From: Setoptus koraiensis
Lineage: Eukaryota; Animalia; Arthropoda
Assembly (NCBI GenBank): GCA_048013815.1
Contig: CM106585.1
Span: 15,872,001-15,936,000 of the forward strand
Reading direction: 5' to 3'
DNA length: 64,000 nucleotides
How positions within the stretch are numbered: position 1 is the first letter of the stretch; each line of letters starts with the position of its first letter. The notes under the pieces were generated by a model. It was not told where the DNA came from. It saw only the letters and a list, made by a program, of their open reading frames with translations, and searched no databases. This document shows positions 24,475-37,050 of the stretch, piece by piece. A program made the translations under genes and the position numbers.

Positions 24475-27393
24475 ATGGAGGCCAACAAAGAGAGTGACAT
24501 TGGTCTCCAGATAGGGTCTAGAGACCAATCGATAATAGTGTATAAGAGCCTAGAAGAAGTATGCCGCAATCGGTTCGTTTATGCAACAACAATTAAGCTA
24601 AATTGTCCTCTGCTCACATCTAGAACAAATACAAGAGTGACATCATCACAGCATCAATCAGCAACAATTAATCACAAACAAATAATGCGAACACATCATC
24701 ATCACCATTTGTACAGGCAGCACAATCATGAGTGTTATAATAAGCGCAGTCTGTTATCACCATTGTTCCTAACGATGCTAATAATGTTTATTGTGGCATT
24801 CAAAATAGTCAAAGCCAACCACGATATTGAAAACAATAGATCAACAATAGACAGTCAGCAACAGCAGCAGCACCAGAGGCCCAGTTTCGAATCATATGCT
24901 CCGTCATCGGTGGACCAGTGGTCGATGTACGATAGAGACGGCCACCAAGACACCGCAGCGTCCGCGGGCGCGTTCAACAGCAACAACGAAAAGCACAACA
25001 ACGGATCCGATGTCGACCAAGCAATCATTGAACCAGTCAACTATAAGAGCAGAGAAGATGCGAAAAAGAAATCGTCGGCCAGATACCATGGGCGCACACC
25101 TCAAACGTCGTCGGCCAAAGCTGGCAATTATGACGATATGGCCAGTTCGGCAAATAAACAGCAGCAACAGCAACAGCTAGAAAGCGGTGATATATCAACT
25201 ACTTCGTCGTCTCTGGCCGACAGCGCCGGCAACGAGCAGCAACAACAGCATCAATACGGCAATTTGCAAATGCACGCCGAAACAACCTCGTCGCCCACAA
25301 TTCCAGACGATTCACCGACCAGTCTGCTGCAAGTGGACCCATCGCCGGGCTACAACGGCAAAGAGTCATCGATGGGGTTCATCGATCGGGCCAGATCGGA
25401 CCATCAACTGGCCACCGCAAGCGGTAGCGACAACACCAAGGTGAATGGCATCAATCATTATGGCAACAGTGGCGACCCGGTGGACTACACGAGGGCGACC
25501 AATCAGGAGCATGTGGACGGTAACGGCGATGCAAACACAAACGAGTCAAGCGGCACCAACATCAACAAAGCTCAACAACAACAAACCACCGACTGGGACC
25601 CCATCGACACCAACACCAAGCAAGTGCCAGCAACAAACACAGTGGCGACAACGAATCATCGCCACAAACAAACGAACAGGGATCGTCATCACGAGGTAAG
25701 CTCGGCGCAGCCCCTGATAATTTCGCACAAGGACAGAACGAACGAGCTGGTTGATTGGCAACAGCAGCAGCCACCGCATAGACAAAGCAACAAACAACAA
25801 TCCAGCGACGACTACCCAAATTTATCCGCCGACGGCGACAGTCCGACTGCCCACAAGCCAGCACATTCCAGGTATATTGGCCATGCCAGGCAATACAGTG
25901 TGTATAATGGGGCCCAAGCGCAAGAGCAGCAGCAGCCCCATTATATCGCGTCGGAGTGGCAGAATTCTCTGGACCAGGAGGCCGAAACAAACAGCAACCA
26001 CAATCAGCAGCACCACCACAGACAGGTGAAAGCGGCCTCATCGCATCACCGTCAGCAGCAGCAGCCGACATATCCGAAGGCGCTGACCGGCGTGAGTGGC
26101 GGCTTTCAGCGGTACGCGCCGTCGGGCAGTCCCAGTGTGTTGTTGTCCGCATCAAACGCCAATAGTGCCCACCATCATTCGTCGCGATACGCCGGCACCG
26201 GTGACATTGAGCTGGCCAGCGTTGCCCGCGCATCACAAACACGAGCGCCCATCGAGCAGGCGAGCGCGACGCCCCAAGACCAAGACAGCGCCCGAATGCA
26301 CGAGCAGGCCGAGCCCGCCACGGGTCCCAACTCGCCCGGCGGCACAAGCCCCAATTCGCTGGCCAGCACCGGACGAACCGGACGACCGGTCAACCGGCAA
26401 CAGATCAGATATTACCTGGTGCAGCAGCAGCCCAGTCAGCAGGCGAGCAAGCTCACGAGCAACGACAACAACAGCAACAGCGTGGTCGGCATCTTGAGGG
26501 CGCCCGCGGGCGCCCAGCACCAATCAGTGTTACATAACCAGCAGCAGCAGCGACCACAACAGGTGGCCACGTCCAGCACGCAACACATTCTGTACCACGT
26601 GCCGCTGGTGTCCGCGGCCGGCCGACTGGTCAGCGCGGGCCCGAGCGCGCCCGGCCCCCTGCTGGCCAGCTCCATCGGGCAGCTGCAGTACACCGAGAGC
26701 GGGCCCCAGCGCGTCGGTCACAGCAGCGCCTCGCCAATCAATTATGACACAGCAGCGGCACCGGGCAACCTGTTTCCGGCGTCCAGCAACAACAACAACA
26801 ACAATGCCAATCGTCAATATCGGCACTTTATGGCGCCCAAATCCCGATCAGCTGTTCACCTGGCCAAGATGAACAGGGGCGATCGGGAGCGACGAACCGA
26901 GCTTGTGTGGTCGAGCGGCGGCGGCTCCAGCAACGACCAGCTGGCGTCGCCCTCAAATCAGCAGGACGATCTCGACGATCAGCCGCAAACTATTCAGATA
27001 ACGGCCGTGCCCAATTTGGGCCTGCAGGCGCCCGGTTTCTTTGGCAACGGATTCGCCAATGGCTTCGGAAATGGCTTCGGCAACGGCCTAGTGGGCGGCT
27101 TCAACGGAATGAACGGATTCAATTTGGTGGGCACCGCGCTCGATCCAAGCGGCCGCCAGGTACTGCTGGTGAACGCGGCACCAGCGGCCCCCCAACGGCG
27201 CCTCATCGATTGGTCCGTTTGGCCCATATTGCTGGCGCTGGCCTTTCCATTGATAATAGGCGCCATGTTTGTGCCCATATTTCTAAAGAGTCTCATGTTT
27301 CTCATACAGATACTGCAAATATTGGGCCTGTTGTTGCCCGCATCGTCGGCGGCCATCACCCATCTGGCCCAGAGTCAAGTGAGCAAAACATGA
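24475..27393 (+). CDS. Large Q/N/S/H-rich low-complexity protein (972 aa) with an N-proximal signal-like segment and a C-terminal hydrophobic membrane segment; function unknown
   Basis: 2.9-kb uninterrupted ORF with hydrophobic LFLTMLIMFIVAF, GNGF repeats and WPILLALAFPLIIGAMFVPIFLKSLMFLIQILQILGLLL. The true start may be a downstream Met, and a GTGAGC donor at 27379 may replace the last codons. Confidence 0.78.
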   Translation: MEANKESDIGLQIGSRDQSIIVYKSLEEVCRNRFVYATTIKLNCPLLTSRTNTRVTSSQHQSATINHKQIMRTHHHHHLYRQHNHECYNKRSLLSPLFLTMLIMFIVAFKIVKANHDIENNRSTIDSQQQQQHQRPSFESYAPSSVDQWSMYDRDGHQDTAASAGAFNSNNEKHNNGSDVDQAIIEPVNYKSREDAKKKSSARYHGRTPQTSSAKAGNYDDMASSANKQQQQQQLESGDISTTSSSLADSAGNEQQQQHQYGNLQMHAETTSSPTIPDDSPTSLLQVDPSPGYNGKESSMGFIDRARSDHQLATASGSDNTKVNGINHYGNSGDPVDYTRATNQEHVDGNGDANTNESSGTNINKAQQQQTTDWDPIDTNTKQVPATNTVATTNHRHKQTNRDRHHEVSSAQPLIISHKDRTNELVDWQQQQPPHRQSNKQQSSDDYPNLSADGDSPTAHKPAHSRYIGHARQYSVYNGAQAQEQQQPHYIASEWQNSLDQEAETNSNHNQQHHHRQVKAASSHHRQQQQPTYPKALTGVSGGFQRYAPSGSPSVLLSASNANSAHHHSSRYAGTGDIELASVARASQTRAPIEQASATPQDQDSARMHEQAEPATGPNSPGGTSPNSLASTGRTGRPVNRQQIRYYLVQQQPSQQASKLTSNDNNSNSVVGILRAPAGAQHQSVLHNQQQQRPQQVATSSTQHILYHVPLVSAAGRLVSAGPSAPGPLLASSIGQLQYTESGPQRVGHSSASPINYDTAAAPGNLFPASSNNNNNNANRQYRHFMAPKSRSAVHLAKMNRGDRERRTELVWSSGGGSSNDQLASPSNQQDDLDDQPQTIQITAVPNLGLQAPGFFGNGFANGFGNGFGNGLVGGFNGMNGFNLVGTALDPSGRQVLLVNAAPAAPQRRLIDWSVWPILLALAFPLIIGAMFVPIFLKSLMFLIQILQILGLLLPASSAAITHLAQSQVSKT

Positions 27394-27488
27394 CCAGTTA
27401 CATAACTATTTATTACTATTATTTATTTACTATTTCATCAGCGTGGTCAGCATCGTATGTCAATATTTGCTATTTTATCATTATATGT

Positions 27489-27626
27489 CACTATTATGTC
27501 ATCCTATGCCACTATTATGTCATCACGTGTCACTATTATGTCATCATGTGTCACGTGCTGCCTGCTGGCTTACCAGTAACCAGGCTCGCGTAACCAGGCT
27601 CGCGTAACCAGGCTCACGTGACCAGG
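27489..27626. repeat. Two adjacent tandem arrays: 21-bp period x3 (CACTATTATGTCATC core) and 14-bp x3.6 (GTAACCAGGCTCGC)
   Basis: Cores at 27489, 27510 and 27531; 14-mers at 27576, 27590, 27604 and a partial unit at 27618. Confidence 0.88.
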
Positions 27627-28100
27627 TTGGTGAAGCGACAGGTAAATTGTAAGCTCGCAAATTGTGAGCAAATTGTAAATTGTGTCAGGTCGCGCGTTGC
27701 ACGCGCCAGCTTGCGTAACACGCACACCGCGTCCGGTATGACAGAAATAGCATAACAGTATCAGGTGTATAATAAAGTAAGTTAACGGCCAACATTGCCA
27801 ACGTGGCAACTTTTGTGTTCGGGTGTTCGCTGGTATCGACAAAGAGTCGCGAGGAGCCCTGCAACGAGGCTCGCATCGCATTTATCTGCCAGATAATATC
27901 GGGCCTGCATTTGCAGCGCGCCACGAGCTGACGAGCGCCACGAGCCTCAAATATGGTCGGCAAGGCAGTATATTTTTATGCTGGCTAGATATGTCACATA
28001 TGGCGCCATTATAAATGTGTGCGCACGGATGCGGGCATTTATCCATTTATCCATTCATTCATTTATCCATTTATCCAGATATCGGCCTCTGACTCGGAGG

Positions 28101-28136
28101 CCGTGAGCTGTGGGCCCCACAGCCCACAGCTCACGG
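28101..28136. repeat. Perfect inverted repeat, 15-bp arms, 6-nt loop
   Basis: CCGTGAGCTGTGGGC-CCCACA-GCCCACAGCTCACGG. Confidence 0.92.
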
Positions 28137-28205
28137 GCTCACAGTTGCTCTAGGCTGGCTGGGCTGCTGGAAATGATTAATAGGCTGTGGCTTTGGTGCG
28201 CCTCG

Positions 28206-28239
28206 CTGGCATATGGCACCTAAACGTGCCATATGCCAG
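28206..28239. repeat. Perfect inverted repeat, 14-bp arms, 6-nt loop
   Basis: CTGGCATATGGCAC-CTAAAC-GTGCCATATGCCAG. Confidence 0.92.
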
Positions 28240-29765
28240 AGATACGGCGAGTGCAGTTGCTGTTGTTGCTGCCGATCGGTTGTGGGCTGGCAAATGGGCC
28301 CCCGATCGCGATTCGGGGGGCCAAAGTTAGAACTGTGATTACTATGTTGTTGTATTAGATTAACAGCGGTGGCCGTGCATTGTTGAGAGTTATTGCGTGC
28401 CAAGCCGGTCGATTGTCGCTGACGGAAGTGGGACCGAAGCCATGGTGTGTCGATGGCCGGCTATTGGCTGTTAATCGGATCAATCATGCCCGTTGCGATC
28501 CGGTTGCGCTAGCAGGCACTATATCATATTACCATAATGCCATTACATATATTAAATTAAATGTGCCACATACAGCTCGTTGCATACAACCGGCCAGGCT
28601 CCCCCGCGATTCGACTCCACTGAGAGCCGTTCGAAGGCGGGGGGGGGGGGCTCGCCTCGGCGAATTATTCTCAGTGTCGGGCTTCTTTTTTGTTGCGAGG
28701 CTCCATCGAGTTGCCAAGCGGGCGGCCTGGGCAGCAGCATCGCATATCAGTCTATGGGGCCGATATATAATGCCGATGTAACAGCCATTGTGTAGGTATA
28801 AACAGTCACGTCTCTGGCGAGTCTCTCGCTCGACCCGCTTTACCGTTCGCCCGAGTGGGCCCAACGAGGGGCAACACACATTTGGTGATACACACATTTG
28901 GCAAGACAGCGCCCACGAGTGAGCGGACGCTTGGGCCCCATTGGATTCTTTTGTCGCGTGTCTTCACAGCAACGACAAAAGAAGTGGGGCCCACTGGTCA
29001 CCGTGAATAGCAACAACATTGTTGTCTGGCGCGCTCACCTTGATGGCCTCGCTCACTTGTCGGCTTGTTGTTGGGCTCGTTGTCGCCTGGCTGGCGGCGC
29101 CCCGTTCTGTGTGTGTGTGTCGCCTGGCGCGTGTCGGATATCCGAACGCTAACAAAACGCAAACGCAAGCATACAAACGACACGATCCGCCGACTAGCTC
29201 GAAAACAAGCCTGTCGGCTGATTGTGCTATGCGCGCCAAGGGGCACGGGCCCCACAGCGGCACCAGCAGCGCCACTGGCCCATTGAAATGAATGAAATTA
29301 ATAGACAGGCTTCGTTATTTACTTCGTCGGTGTGCTTGTGCGCGGGCCCCAAATTTAAAATGACAGATCCTTGTCCGTATTGTTACGTCATAAGTGACTG
29401 ACACAAACACAAACACAAACGCAGCACAGTTATTTTCGTCGCTTGCAATTACTGTTATATAAGAGTCAACTTTTGTCTATCCGACACACGGCAACTTTTT
29501 AACATTGTGCCTGTTACGTAATAATACACACACACACACACACTATAAATAATCGACAACAAACGCCACTATGTGTGGGCGCATTGTAGTTGTCTAATTA
29601 GCAGGGCAGCGTAAGAAGCGCAAAAGTGTCAGCTCGCAACTCACAATTGTCATTCGAATTCCTTTGTTGAATTCCAGTGAAAAACACGCACACATCATTA
29701 CTATTGCCACTACCGATAGCCGCCGGTTGCTAAATGAGACAAATAAAAAAAATCAATCACCAACG

Positions 29766-30273
29766 ATGCCGCCATCAACAAACGAAACAACGACGAAAAT
29801 ATTTAGCGCGCGCTTGGCAAGCTCCTATTGTCTATTGCTCGTGTTATGGGTGCACGGCGTCAACGCAAAGGGTGGCGGAAAACGCACCTATGGCTCAAAG
29901 TCGCAGAGTGCCTCGCAATCGCAAAATCTAGGTAAGAGCATGCCCCCCGCCGATGTCACATATGGCACCGATAAACTAATGCCAACTGACCACTGGTCAG
30001 TTGGCTAACAATAATTGACTCACGTTGAACACACGCACAATCGGCCCGCTATGTACATGCTTTAATTAAGCCTCTTAATCAATCCCAATCATCCTCACCG
30101 AACCATCCGTAGATTGCACCGACCAAAGCTGCATTGACTCAACCTCGTGGGCCTCATTCTTCGCGGCCACACTTGCTCTGGTAGGACCCTTATGCCTATT
30201 GCTGGCGCTCATTTTGGTAATAAAACTGTGCTATGCCAGGATTCACCCAAATCTGCTCGAAGTGGACGCATGA
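29766..30273 (+). CDS. Small type-I membrane protein (108 aa); exons 29766-29931 and 30113-30273
   Basis: Signal peptide (YCLLLVLWVHGVNA), strong GTAAGA donor at 29932, a phase-matched acceptor at 30112 giving ...QNL-D-CTDQSC, a TM helix (FFAATLALVGPLCLLLALILVI) and a short tail ending in TGA. Confidence 0.72.
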
Positions 30274-30702
30274 GACACATCACTGTCGCTGGCAACTCAA
30301 TCAAATCCAGGTTGTGACCTTGGGGCGCCATGTCCAATCAATGCGTGCGCCCCAATATTTTATCCCAATTTTATCATTAAGCTCTCATAAAAATTTAAAC
30401 CAGTAGACGTACACGTTGCGCTTTGCACACACACACAAATTAGTTTAGTCCGGTTCGAATTTCTGAAATTGATTGATCCTTCTAATTAGTCGACATGAGA
30501 GCAGTCAGGTAACATTTTGACTTTATTTACATACAGAAGCGTGTGTTATGTAAACGATAAGACTGCACTATATATATATATATATATATATATCTAATAC
30601 TCTGCTACTATGAACAATATCAACCGATCGCACTTTTGGTGCTGAGTAACAACGTCAGTATCAGATTCGGGGTCCTGTGGGCGCTACATGGCCAGTAAGC
30701 TG

Positions 30703-31966
30703 CTAAGCCTCTTTTCTGGCCGCATCTTTCTCTTCCACATCTGCTTGGAACATTATCCAGTTCAGATAAAAGTAGCCTATTAAAAAGAATATCGCCGTCA
30801 CGGTAGAACCGTAAAATGTTCCGTAGTAAATATACAAATTGACGATCCACATTATCAGAGGAACAAACGTGAACAATGTCCAAAAGATCCAGTTACCTAA
30901 TGAACTCCATCTTGGCTTATAGGGGCGATCGTCGATGACGCCAGGAAATCTTTTGTGCTTGTTGAAATATTCCTGATATTCATCCTTTTTAATATACAGA
31001 TTTCTTAGCCACGCGGCACATTCTTCGTCTCCGTCCGGCACGTCAGTTATGTTGAGCCTGTGAAAATACATGTGACCTTTGGCTTGTAGGCCCCGTTTGG
31101 TGATATCGGCCAAGTTGAGTGCGCCATCGTGCTCATAAGCAACTTGAACATCGTAAATATTAACAGAATCTGGTTGATTTTTTTCGCGCAATCGTTGTTT
31201 CAGATGCTTTATCACTGCCACGAAACCCTTCGTTCTAGGAATAAGATGAAATTTGGGCGCTTCCATATTTCTCTCTTGTGCAAACTTAATACTACCCTCT
31301 AGTCTGTCTTTGGTGAATCGGGCTCCCTCGCAGAAGAAAGTGCAAACCATTGGGTCGTATTTGAGTAGTATATCAATATAGTTGCTTAGGCCGTGCTTAT
31401 CCTTTTCCCAATTTCTGTCGAGAAATATCTGATCGCTCATAGCCCACGTCCAGCCAACAACAGGAATGTATTTGAGATCTTTCTTCAACATGGCCTTGCA
31501 TGCCTGGCAGTTGTTCATGAGATTGAGATATACAAATGAATAGAGAGTTAGTATATGTCGATTGTCATCAAAAGATATTCATGCAGAAATTCAATGATTA
31601 TTATATATTTACCGCAAGATTGTTGTTTTTCTCTGTGACAAGCCAGGCGCCTACCCAATCCAGTTCGTAGCCGTGATTTGCCAAGAAGATGCCGTTCTGA
31701 TTGAACAAATCGCCTTGCAATTCCTTTTTGCTGTAATATGTAGTAAAATGGGCATTGTAGAACCAATCAAAACAGGCGACTATTTGCGACCAGCTTGAGT
31801 ACATCAGGTAATAGTTTATATCACAGAATAATCTGAAGTTAATTCGTCGCACTAGCAGGTAATTGACCAGTTGTAACAGGTTGATAACAATGCCACTCCA
31901 TAGGAAAGTTATGATGGTCACCAACGTGACCAATCGGATAAATATGAGCCTCAATGTGCTTGTCAT
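30703..31966 (-). CDS. 1-acyl-sn-glycerol-3-phosphate acyltransferase, AGPAT3/4-like (384 aa); exons 31966-31613 and 31503-30703
   Basis: NHGYELDW (HxxxxD), KKDLKYIPVVGWTW, FLDRNW, FCEGARF and LIPRTKGF; 109-nt GT-AG phase-0 intron. Confidence 0.92.
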
Positions 31967-33782
31967 TATGGGCGCTGTTGGCTGTTGTAATGTGATGCAA
32001 TGTATGTATATAGATATACGCTCCAATTGAAGATGGTCTTTATGATAAAATGTCACTGTTTGTTGAATTAGAGCTATCGTTGTTGTCACTTGTATTTATA
32101 CTAAATTATGGCCAATATTTGCTGTCAAAATATTGATGAGGTTGAATCCTAGATGAACGAGAGACAATGGTGATGAAAAGTTGAATAGGATTCAAGTTAG
32201 GGTCAGGATTGAATTTATTTCACTAAAAATTACGATGACTTGTATGGATATGATGATGATATGTTATAAAATTTATGACGATATGGTCTGAAAGAGTATT
32301 GATTGGCTATTAAAGTGTGTACCAGAAAAATCATTCATTTATGAATTGTGACGGGTGGTTGAAAACCTCTAACGTAGGGTCTTCGATATGTCTGTTGCTA
32401 TCGATCTATCATGTTGTTGTCGATATTATTCACGAAGATCGCTCTTGTTCGACACACCGCCGTCATAATCATCAAACTTATTTATAAACTTTACACTTAT
32501 TCGCTGAATACGGTTTGCATCGCGAACATGGTTTCGCTCACATATTCTTTGATTCAACTGCAATGTACAACACCACTCACAGTCAACAGACTCGACGCAA
32601 TCAATCACTTATGTTAATATTTATGAGATGATATAAATGTTTTGGCTTGTTTTAGATGAAATGTACGCAACTCATTGATGACAAGTTGTAGTTATTGCTG
32701 ATCATTGATGACGCGTAGCAACACCAGCTTGTGAGGCCCTCATATTGCGACTATTGTCTGTATGAACATCTCTCGGGTCGCCACTCGTATGTTACGTACG
32801 TAGCTGATATAAAATTTACGAAAACTAATAAAGTTCGCCTATAACATATCCATGGTGAACTAACACAATCGAAGCATGACATCTATGCCATTGGGGTCAG
32901 ACAGGTGTAACCATCTATCCTTGGAGGTCCGATGGATTCAATTAATCAATGCAACCCGATCGACACAGATTTCGCTTGTCTAGTAACAACACTGCTCCAA
33001 TATCAGATTTTTGTGTAACATGATACCTCACCCATGTCAAAAAAATCTTTGTGAACTCATTCGTGAGGGCGGCGCTGCTGCACAATGCAAGTCCGGTCTC
33101 AGTGGACCGGAGTGATGCTGATCGATCCATGCGTTTGTGGTACAACAAACGCAATCTAACGAAGGATGCTCTTAACAGAACACTGCAAGCTTCGTTGTGC
33201 ATTCCAGAGCGCTGCCAGCGTGCCAAGCGGATATTTATTGCACCTGTATTTCAGACACAACGCAATGATCACATCGTACATTGGGAACATGTGATTGGAT
33301 CCGCGATCCAGTTACGTTTATAACGGGGGGGGGGGGGCGGTGTCCAGCACGTACAATGTAACAGTGCGGTGCATGCGCCGTTGGTCCTCAATACGCAATC
33401 TTAGGTGTTGTGATTCGCAACTTGTGACACTGAAACAAGGCGCCAATTTTGAACAACTGACCAATTCAAAATGGGGCCCAAACGGGCTACCGTGGACAAT
33501 TGAATTCGACTGGCTAGCTAAACTGGGACACAATTTTCAGTTTGTTTTGAGATTACTATCAAGTTGAATGAAGATATACTCACGATGCTGCGGTTGCCAA
33601 CACAAACGTTCGGCTTTTGGTGAGACGAGGCACTTTACATTTGATTTTTCACACAGAAGATTTATCCGATTCGATGGTCCAACTTTTGGGCTTACAGTTG
33701 CTTCTTGGTCATAAATAGTTGACTGAGACTGGCAAGAAGAACTGAGAAACACATCAACTAGGGTGCTATTGACACCTCAACC

Positions 33783-33786
33783 ACTG

Positions 33787-33822
<36 letters not shown>
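33783..33822. repeat. (CTA)n microsatellite
   Basis: About 12 CTA units. Confidence 0.9.
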
Positions 33823-33825
<3 letters not shown>

Positions 33826-36800
33826 TCTACGGTGTTGAGAGTGACTGACAAAAGCGATTGCGACGCCAAGAGGCTCTTGGTTTTCGAGACTGCTTGCGAT
33901 GTTTGTGGCCAGAAAAGAATATATATTATTCTTATGCGTGCTTGATAACAATGTCGTTGCATGTAATAACAGTGAGCAATGATTGTGTTGGCAAGACGGA
34001 GAAATTCTCTTGATTGCTGTCATGACTCATGAGGAATGAAGCAAAAGTGACTTGTGTGAGCTAGCAAGAGCAACTTTGCTGCACTTGTCTGGGCATATCG
34101 TGTTCTGATAGCTAGACGGCTAGATCAGAAACGTAGGCTTGTGTAAGCCGATGATATGTCATCTAACATATGTGTTTATGTAGATGTTGTTCCAATTGAT
34201 CAATTGTCGATTCGAAACAGGCAACAACGAAAAGCGAACATCGCAACAGAACGTCAGCAAACAACCAAAGTAGCGTCAAGAGTTTCAGACGACGCAACAA
34301 ACAGACAGTAGCAAGTGTGTTGTTTTGAGACTCTGTCAGAAGACTCTGTCAGAGCAAATGACAAGACTCGCTCATGTAGCGGTGCGTATCGAGCGGATAA
34401 TAATCGTAGAGACTCAATCGGATTTACCATCGGATCTGACATTTGCACGCTGGTACACGCACTGCATACATATTGTATGTTGTATTTATTCACTTGTATA
34501 TACAATTTATATCCAAAGGCAATAATAGAGTAACATTATATCGACATGAGCTGACAACATGACGTTGACACGACGATAGCTCCATAGGCAACGTGTCAGT
34601 GAACACTTGCCGGTGGTTGATATTACCACTACTACTTATACTTTTACAGCCAATTCAGCAGCAGCAGCTGATGAAGATCGCATAATTGTTGAGATAACGC
34701 TGTCAAGATCAGAAATATTAGCTCGTTGTTTACGTTGTTGTTCACTGGTATCGTTGTCGGTTTATTAGCAACCGCTTTCTTGGCAACCACTTTCTCGTCG
34801 CTTGTGCTGCGCCGTAATTGCTGCAACAACTGTCTACGATCTCAATAGCAACCGAAGTAAAGGGCAACGAAAAAGGTCGCCTATATCATGGCTTAGATTA
34901 TCATCGCTTCCTCGTCGTTCCACAATCATGATCAACTTGTTTGTTTGTTGTTTGCTATTTGGAATATTTTTGTTCGTCTGTCAACAACACGGCCAAGATG
35001 AGGGAATATCCATCTCGAGTATCAGTCACTTCGAACGTGAATGTGATTTGGTACAGTTTGTTTGTTTGGCAAATTTCCGTTCACATGCGCTGCCTAGCCA
35101 AATGCCGATGACACTCGTGACACGAGCAATCATGATCGGCAACAGAGCCGCTGACAGTTGCGGGTGCCCACTGTCGTGAGGCCTCCTCAAATTGCAACTG
35201 CTAATTGATCAACATTGAGCAATCATCGTCAGATGAGATATTGCAAGTTGTGACAGTCGCGAGTTGTTGACGACAAGTGGCACGGCCAACAAAAATGATG
35301 ATTGCATGATAATGTGAGCTCACCTGTTGGCGTTGTGTCCGTCGACAATGATGCTCACTGGCGAGAGGGTGTTTGTTGAAATTGCATTGTTTTTTTTAAT
35401 TGCACATGTTGCTGCGTTGCAATGAATGAATTAATCGCTTGATGCTGATGATGTAGACCAAATGTGGTCGGCCCTCTTTGTTTTTTGCTGCTGCTTTGTT
35501 TTGTTTTTTGCTGTGATTTACTTGCGATTCTCAACTTTGATTTAGCTTGTTTTTGTCTATCGTCGTTTCAATGGTTCACTGACGATGATTCTTTTTTTGT
35601 GAGCCACCACTAATTTGACGACTTTATTCGTTTGTCAGTGTCGCCTTTTGCCCATGCCACAGTGCTCATTCAATGCACGTCGCTCTTCTCATGTATTGGC
35701 GTTCGTGAATTGGTGTGCCTTTATAATTCATAATAATTATAATAAGTTAACCATAAACAGAAGGATGAGCCTGAATTTTCATTTGATTTAAGCATTACAA
35801 GTTCACTCTTGTGTACAACAACCCGGCCGACTATCGTGCCGACCAATAGCGTGTTAGCGAGAAAAGAACCAACTGACTCCTTGCTGAGTTCCTTTTGAGT
35901 GCAATTGGTCTCAGTATAATAACTAATGTGGCTCTAACTTGTGAGACTTGACTCGACTCAATTGACTACCACCATACGATACGAACAACCTAATGTGAAA
36001 TGGCGCCCATACAATTCGGTTATGAGTTGCTAATGAGTTAGAGAGCCAGCCAGCTAGCAAACAATTGGCTACCATGGTAAAGGGAGGAGAGCAGAGTCGC
36101 CTTCACGGCCAACAAGCCACTAACGAACCTACTTAATCCGGTAATATAAGATAGTTAAAGTCAGAATGAGATCAGCCTGCCAGTTGCGTCACCGCCACTT
36201 GCTCTGTCTCTTTCCATAGACTCGACTCCATAGGACATGCACTCGAGCCGTGCACTCGAGCCAACAACAACTGGCCCTACTGGATAACGTAACGACGACG
36301 ATCATCAACGGCTTGTGTGTGTGCAAATCGATACAATAATCTAGCTTACGTAATACTCAATATTCACTTGTAAGTAAGCTTGTGTTAGCGAATGTTACAC
36401 AAGTTAACAAGTGAGTGTAACTACCTCTCGATCGATGCCATTGAACTTGTTTCAACTTGATCGGGCGACTACTCGAACAAAAAACCTTCCAAACCTTTTT
36501 TTCGTGCAAGCCTTGCAAGCAAACCTGGAAACTGAACGGCGTTAGATCAATTTTTTATTTTATTTACTATCATTCATATTCTCTCTCTCTCTATAATACA
36601 TCTGTATTATCTTGAACTTCGTCCTTCAACAAGAGGCTCATTCATGCACGCAATACACGGTACTGGGTATTTTTGTCGCACCGCTAGCTTACTTTCGCAA
36701 TTATCATCAATCTTTCAATGAGAATTAATTCCAATTAGCACTCTAATCGCATCAGTGCCCGCCAAAAATGAACATGCCACAATTTAATTGAATTGATTAA

Positions 36801-37050
36801 TTGGTGCCAAACACCTCAAAAAGCCGCTAGCGAACGCTTTTTAGCTACTCTAACCAGGTACCAAGGTATAGCGTATACTGTGTACATGAATTATCGTGAT
36901 GTGATGAGTCTGAATATCAATTGAATGGCACGCTCTCCTTGCATCATTAATTTTTTTCCTAATTTTATTCTATACCTTTATCTCTATATATAATATAAGT
37001 TAAATCAATAATTTATTAGTAGAGTACCTAGTATCAGTATTCTATAACAA

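Noticed and set aside
28639-28650. Poly-G tracts (also 33325-33337) as G-quadruplex elements
   Set aside because: Simple homopolymers that are error-prone in sequencing, with no supporting context.
30445-30470. GGTTCGAAT T-loop-like motif
   Set aside because: No acceptor stem, D-arm or anticodon arm could be folded, so it is not a tRNA.
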